From Diadema antillarum (lineage: Eukaryota), in NCBI RefSeq assembly GCF_040938485.1, contig NW_027272234.1:186001-250000 (forward strand): 64,000 nt of DNA, given 5' to 3'. The position numbers and the translations under genes are program-made. This document shows, in pieces, positions 59,505-64,000 of this stretch. Numbering within the stretch: the stretch's first letter is position 1; each line of letters starts with the position of its first letter. Below the pieces are notes generated by a model. That model had not been told where the DNA came from and did no database searches. It was given only the letters and a program-made list of their open reading frames with translations.

Positions 59505-62079
59505 TTCTTCTTCTTGCTTGTGATCTGTCTGTCTGATCTGTCATCTTGAGTCTTATGCAGTGAAGACTGCGTCCCTCAGCCAGGACCTGGCAGAAGGGGT
59601 GAGGCTACGGAGGGCAGTCCATCCTCCCGCCAGGCGATGGATGGTGCAGTCCTCTACCAGGTGATCTGCTGTCTGTATTTCCCCGCAGTCGCATCTGTCT
59701 GTCTCTGACAGTTTCCACTGGTGCAGGCATGCTTGGAAGCGCCCGACTCCAGTGCGGAATCGATTAAGGCGACACCAGTCCTTTCGTGGGAGGTCGCAGC
59801 CAGAGGGATGAGATGTAAGTGGCAGCATGTTAGTGAGTCTGCCTGCAGGCTGTTGCTCCTTCCATTTGTTTTTGAGCCAGGCCTTCCGACTGAGGTTCCT
59901 GTTCTCTGAGGAGAGGGCTTGTGCAGTCCTGATAAAAGGCTTCCTGCTTTTGAGGCGCTGTCTAGGGAGGGCAGCGTGCATCTTGGTGTGGAGGGGATGG
60001 TGTTGTTCCGTGTCAGCTTTCAGTGCTGCCTGTCTTGTAGCGGCTTCTCTTCTGAGGTGATGGGGTGGAATGCCTGCTAGCACAGGGAGCTGGTGGGTGG
60101 GGGTTGGTTTCGGGCAGCCTGTGATGGTGCGAAGAGCAGAGTTGAGTTGGGTGTCCACTCTCTTGGTATGGCAGCTACGCCCCCAGGCAGAGACACAGTA
60201 TTCCGCTGGAGCGTAGACAAGGGCGAGGGCGGTGGAGCGGAGGGTGGTAAAATCGGCTCCCCAGTCATGGCCGCATAGTCTGCGTAGAAGGCACACTCTG
60301 GCAGATGCTTTCCCAGCTACATTCAGTGCATGGTGACGGAAGGTGAGTGGTATGAGCGGTCGAGTTTCACTCCGAGGTAAGTTGGAGTAGCACAGAATGG
60401 AAGATCGGTTCCTTGAAGTTTGACATGGAGTTGGCGGTCTGCTTCCTTGTTGTTCAGGTGGAACACAGAAGAGATGGTCTTTTGTGCATTAAGTTTTAGC
60501 CGCCATTGGTGGTAGTAGGTCTGCAGAGTCTGCATATCTTGGGTGAGGGTGTGTTCAGCTTCTTCAAAGGAGTTTGATGTGGAGAGAATAGCCAGGTCAT
60601 CAGCGTAGGCGTATTTAGAGCTGCTGATGTGGGGGATATCTGCTGTGTACAGGTTGAAGAGTGCCGGTGCAAGAACCGAGCCTTGGGGGACGCCGTTCTT
60701 GAGGGTCCTTGTTCTGCTGGATGCGCCGTCAATGATTGCTTTGAAGCAGCGGTCTGAAATGATGTTTGTGATGGCTTGGACCATCTGTCTGTCTTGTAGT
60801 GCTTGATGGAGCTTGAGGGTAAGTCCTCGGTGCCAGACTGTGTCGTAGGCAGATGAGAGGTCAATGAATACAGCTCCACATTTCTTCCTGTCCTCGAAGG
60901 CAGCTTCGATTTGGTTGGTTGCTGCAAGCACTTGGTCTTCAGTGCTACGCCCTTTCCTGAAGCCTGCTTGTTCATCTGGTAGGAAATGCTCAAGGATAGG
61001 CTCTATCCTGTTTAGAATGAGTCGTTCGAACAGTTTCAGGGGCACCGACAGAAGTGAGATGGGGCGGTAGCTCTTAGGGTCATTTCTGGGTTTGTTCGGC
61101 TTTAGAATGGCTACAACAGTGGCCTTCTTCCACAGCAGGGGGACTTTGGCATCAGAGAGGCATCGTGACATGAAGTGTCTGAGCCAGTCATTAAGGCGAG
61201 GGCCAATGTGTAACAGTTGTTCTGGGTGGATGTTGTCAGGGCCAGGGGCTTTCCCATGCTTGAGAGTGCCTAGTCCTTGTTTCATTTCGGAGATGGTGAA
61301 GGCTGCTGTGAGACCACGATCAGCAGATGGACTGTTTCTCATTTCTTTCAGTTTGTTGTTGACATCGCGGGAGAAGTCCTTGTCAGGGAAAGGGTATCTT
61401 CCGTTGTTGATGAGAGTACGTGCTATTGCATCTGGCGTGACGGGGCAGGCCTTTTTCTTGGTTGTCCTCCCAGTGAGTCTGTTGATTAGTTGCCAAGCTT
61501 TCCGGCTTGAGTGCGTAAAGTCGATGCTCTCACAGGCTTCCCGCCAGCGTGCCTTCCGCGTATCGTCAAGGTGGGACTTCAGCTGGGCTGCCACCTCTGC
61601 GGCATGTTCAGCATTTGGGGAGTTTTGGAGAGTCTTGTGGAGCCGTTCACACTCCTCGTCCCATCCAGGGATGTACTCTTTCCGACAGCCTCGTGGGATG
61701 GTTGCTTTTGATGAAGCACTGACTGCCTGGAGGAAGGCACTATATGCCTTGTTGATGTCCGTGGTCCATGGGCAAGGAAGATTGGCTGCTAGGTTATCTG
61801 TCTCTTCCTTATAGATGTTCCAGTTTGCCTTGCGGAAGTTCCATCTTTTTGCTGGGCGTGTCATGGTTGGAGTCACTAGGGGTGTGCCTCTGATAATGAT
61901 AGGTCTATGGTGGCTGTGAGGAAAGCTGTCCAGCACTAGTCTTTCAGGGGCCTCAGAGGAATCACTTTGCCACCATGCAAGGTCTGGGTTGGTTGAGGAG
62001 TCCCATCGACTGGAGTAGAAAGTGGCAGGTTGACGTCTGTCAAATAGCAGGTTAAGGTCGAGTTCTGAAGCCCAGTTGC
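59505..62079 (-). mobile_element. 5'-truncated Vingi/Ingi-like (I-group) non-LTR retrotransposon
   Basis: Frame carries the end of an AP endonuclease (TNPDL..SHHRP), RT (YRPISLLS, QAGFR, GVPQGSVLAP, YADD) and a C-terminal CDCG..H..C motif. ~50-nt 3' UTR with (AAG)n tail. 9-bp TSD ATAATCACC at 59496-59504 and 62080-62088. Clade assignment from recalled similarity of the C-terminal region (ALVYAPAEYC..LRTITGC.KPTP..RLNRFRTGVGR). Confidence 0.9.
59553..62079 (-). pseudogene. Retrotransposon ORF (partial APE + RT) broken by one 5-bp insertion
   Basis: ORF-track pieces 60323-61936 and 59553-60296 join into one frame (LDRSLTFRHHALNVAGKASARVCLLRRL) if TACCA (plus strand TGGTA, ~60348-60352) is removed. 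Confidence 0.85.
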
Positions 62080-63176
62080 ATAATCACCCTGTCACATCGA
62101 TAATTCACAGAGACATTCACAGGGGGGGGGGGGGGGGATAGACTAAATATGGGCAATGACCAGTCGATCAAACTCATATGAAATTCATAAAAGTTACTAT
62201 TTTAACTTACTTCAAACTAACTCCGTATACAGATTCTCACTAGGAAATCGAATGAGATATAATTAAGTAACGGAGACACACATAAGATTTACTTGCAGTT
62301 GCTGCTACTATAAAGGATGAGTATTACTACACTTGCGGAACTTTTTAACTCTAATATCATACATGAGTTACTATCACTTATTTCAATGTTATAAAGCTAA
62401 TCATATAGATTCTACATTAGTAGAATTAATTCATAAGAAATACGTTTTATTAACTCAACATTTTGATTTGTGCTTTTTCAGTTAGGAAAACTTGATACAA
62501 TTTAAATAACCTGAAGAGTTTGAGTTTTTCAGTTCATTGGAAGCATGAAAATTGTGTAACTACTACTTAAAGCGAAATTAGCTTTTACAGTGCTCTCTAA
62601 AGCATTTGCTAATTGACATGACTAGACCGGGAAGCACAAGAATTCATGCAGCATCAGAATGGATATTTTGTCCCTATAATATACCGGTATATAATTATGA
62701 TTACGAGTTGCTTAGTTTACCTGATTGTATGACATGCGTTTTGATACTTAAAATCCAATTCACATGGAATGTCGCTCTGTTTGGGAAAATCTCGAGCAAA
62801 ATTTCTGGTTCCCAGAGGAACCTTTGTTAATATATAGGCGTAATCATGGAGTTGTATTGAACCTCTGTTATACATGTATGAGTGTAATCATGGAGCCAGT
62901 TCCATCGTATAACGTACTAGATGCGTGAAAGGTGTTGAAAGCAATAAAGGAGATCTACACAGCACTAACTAATCTTTGATTAGTTAGTGCCATTCTTGAC
63001 AAGTTCGCCCCTGTCCTGAAGAGTTTTGTTACTCTGCGCCTGAACATAATGATAGGCCTGTGTGAAATCGCTGTCGATGATCCCAGTGATTAGTCGAAAT
63101 TGGCTTGCTGGGAGCTGTCAGGAGATACCTAGACTTAAATCAAAATGTGGGACGATGGTTAAAGAACCCGTTCTAT

Positions 63177-63180
<4 letters not shown>

Positions 63181-63221
<41 letters not shown>

Positions 63222-63247
63222 GGAGAGAGAGAGAGAGAGAGAGGGAG
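63181..63247. repeat. (GA)n microsatellite
   Basis: Direct inspection. Confidence 0.9.
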
Positions 63248-64000
63248 ATCTCATAATGAGTAAGCTATAAGATAAACTGAATCTTGATTAAAGACAATGA
63301 GTGTGTACGTACAGATATGTATCATATTTGTGTTTGGGTGTATATTATGAACGGTTGTTATCATAATTCGCCTTTATCAAGAAGTGGAAGGAATCCATAA
63401 TAACACTTCACCCCGCCCCTTTGTCCGCCGCCAGCAGAAATAGTCTTCGCTTATCTTTGCTCCTGATTGTAAAGAGGACTTTGCACTACGCCTTTGCCAC
63501 ACTGCTTGAGCAGACATGACGTGTAGAGATAGGGCCTATAGGTCAGTATCGTCACTATAGGTGATTTTAACCCTTCTACAACTAACATCTCATATTACTA
63601 TTGGTGTTGTTTGCGGTTGGGCTAACCATTTCCATGCCCGTGTTACACAAACAGAAGAACATTGTCTCACACTCCAGCCGTCTAAGCCTTATAGTCGGAG
63701 TAAATGATGGTAATATGCACTCCTCAACTCTTTCATTATACCACGGTCCATCTGGATCATCACTCAAAGTTAATGGTAGGTTGAGGGCGTGGTTCTGAGG
63801 GTCCATACCATCACTCATAACGTCAATCATGATCTCGACACGCCCTAGTAATTATGTGTAAAATTCTCATTTGAATGCTATCTGTGTCAGTATCGACAGA
63901 ACAAGAAAATCATGTTATATACATAGTCCATCAAAAGACTCATTCCGTTTGAGCCCTTGATATTTTTTGACACCTTGAACGGAGAATAAGGTAAACTCTT

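Noticed and set aside
60496-61814. Long ORFs overlapping the RT (61092-61814 +, 60496-60993 -)
   Set aside because: Shadow frames of a GC-rich retrotransposon ORF with no recognisable domain.

Overview
AT-rich animal genomic DNA with spliced genes. An echinoderm, probably a sea urchin, is inferred from the repeat families and poly-G/C runs but not proven. I reconstructed four spliced genes exon by exon with consistent phases, and found one intronless gene. CCDC174 (-, 10 coding exons, ~499 aa) is head-to-head with GCHFR (+, 3 coding exons, 88 aa). ARL6/BBS3 (-, 5 coding exons, 185 aa) is head-to-head with TFB1M (+, 7 exons, 316 aa). The intronless gene is a 741-aa signal-peptide-bearing GH65 PGGHG-like glucosidase (-). 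Introns and the gene-poor 49.5-64 kb segment are packed with non-autonomous DNA transposons (TTAA-flanked piggyBac-like and Kolobok-like, TA-flanked, and hAT-like with an 8-bp TSD), a foldback palindrome, LINE 3' ends, and one young 5'-truncated Vingi/Ingi-like LINE with a 9-bp TSD and a single 5-bp frameshift. There is an assembly gap at 8306-8510. No CRISPR, rRNA or true tRNA genes were seen. I did not find a demonstrably new biological system. The best leads are a MITE family whose terminal repeats and terminal hairpins differ per copy, the secreted-type intronless GH65, an Asn-to-Ile change in TFB1M motif X, an in-frame upstream ATG on GCHFR, and a canonical RFX X-box inside TFB1M that may serve ARL6. 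All coordinates were read by eye.
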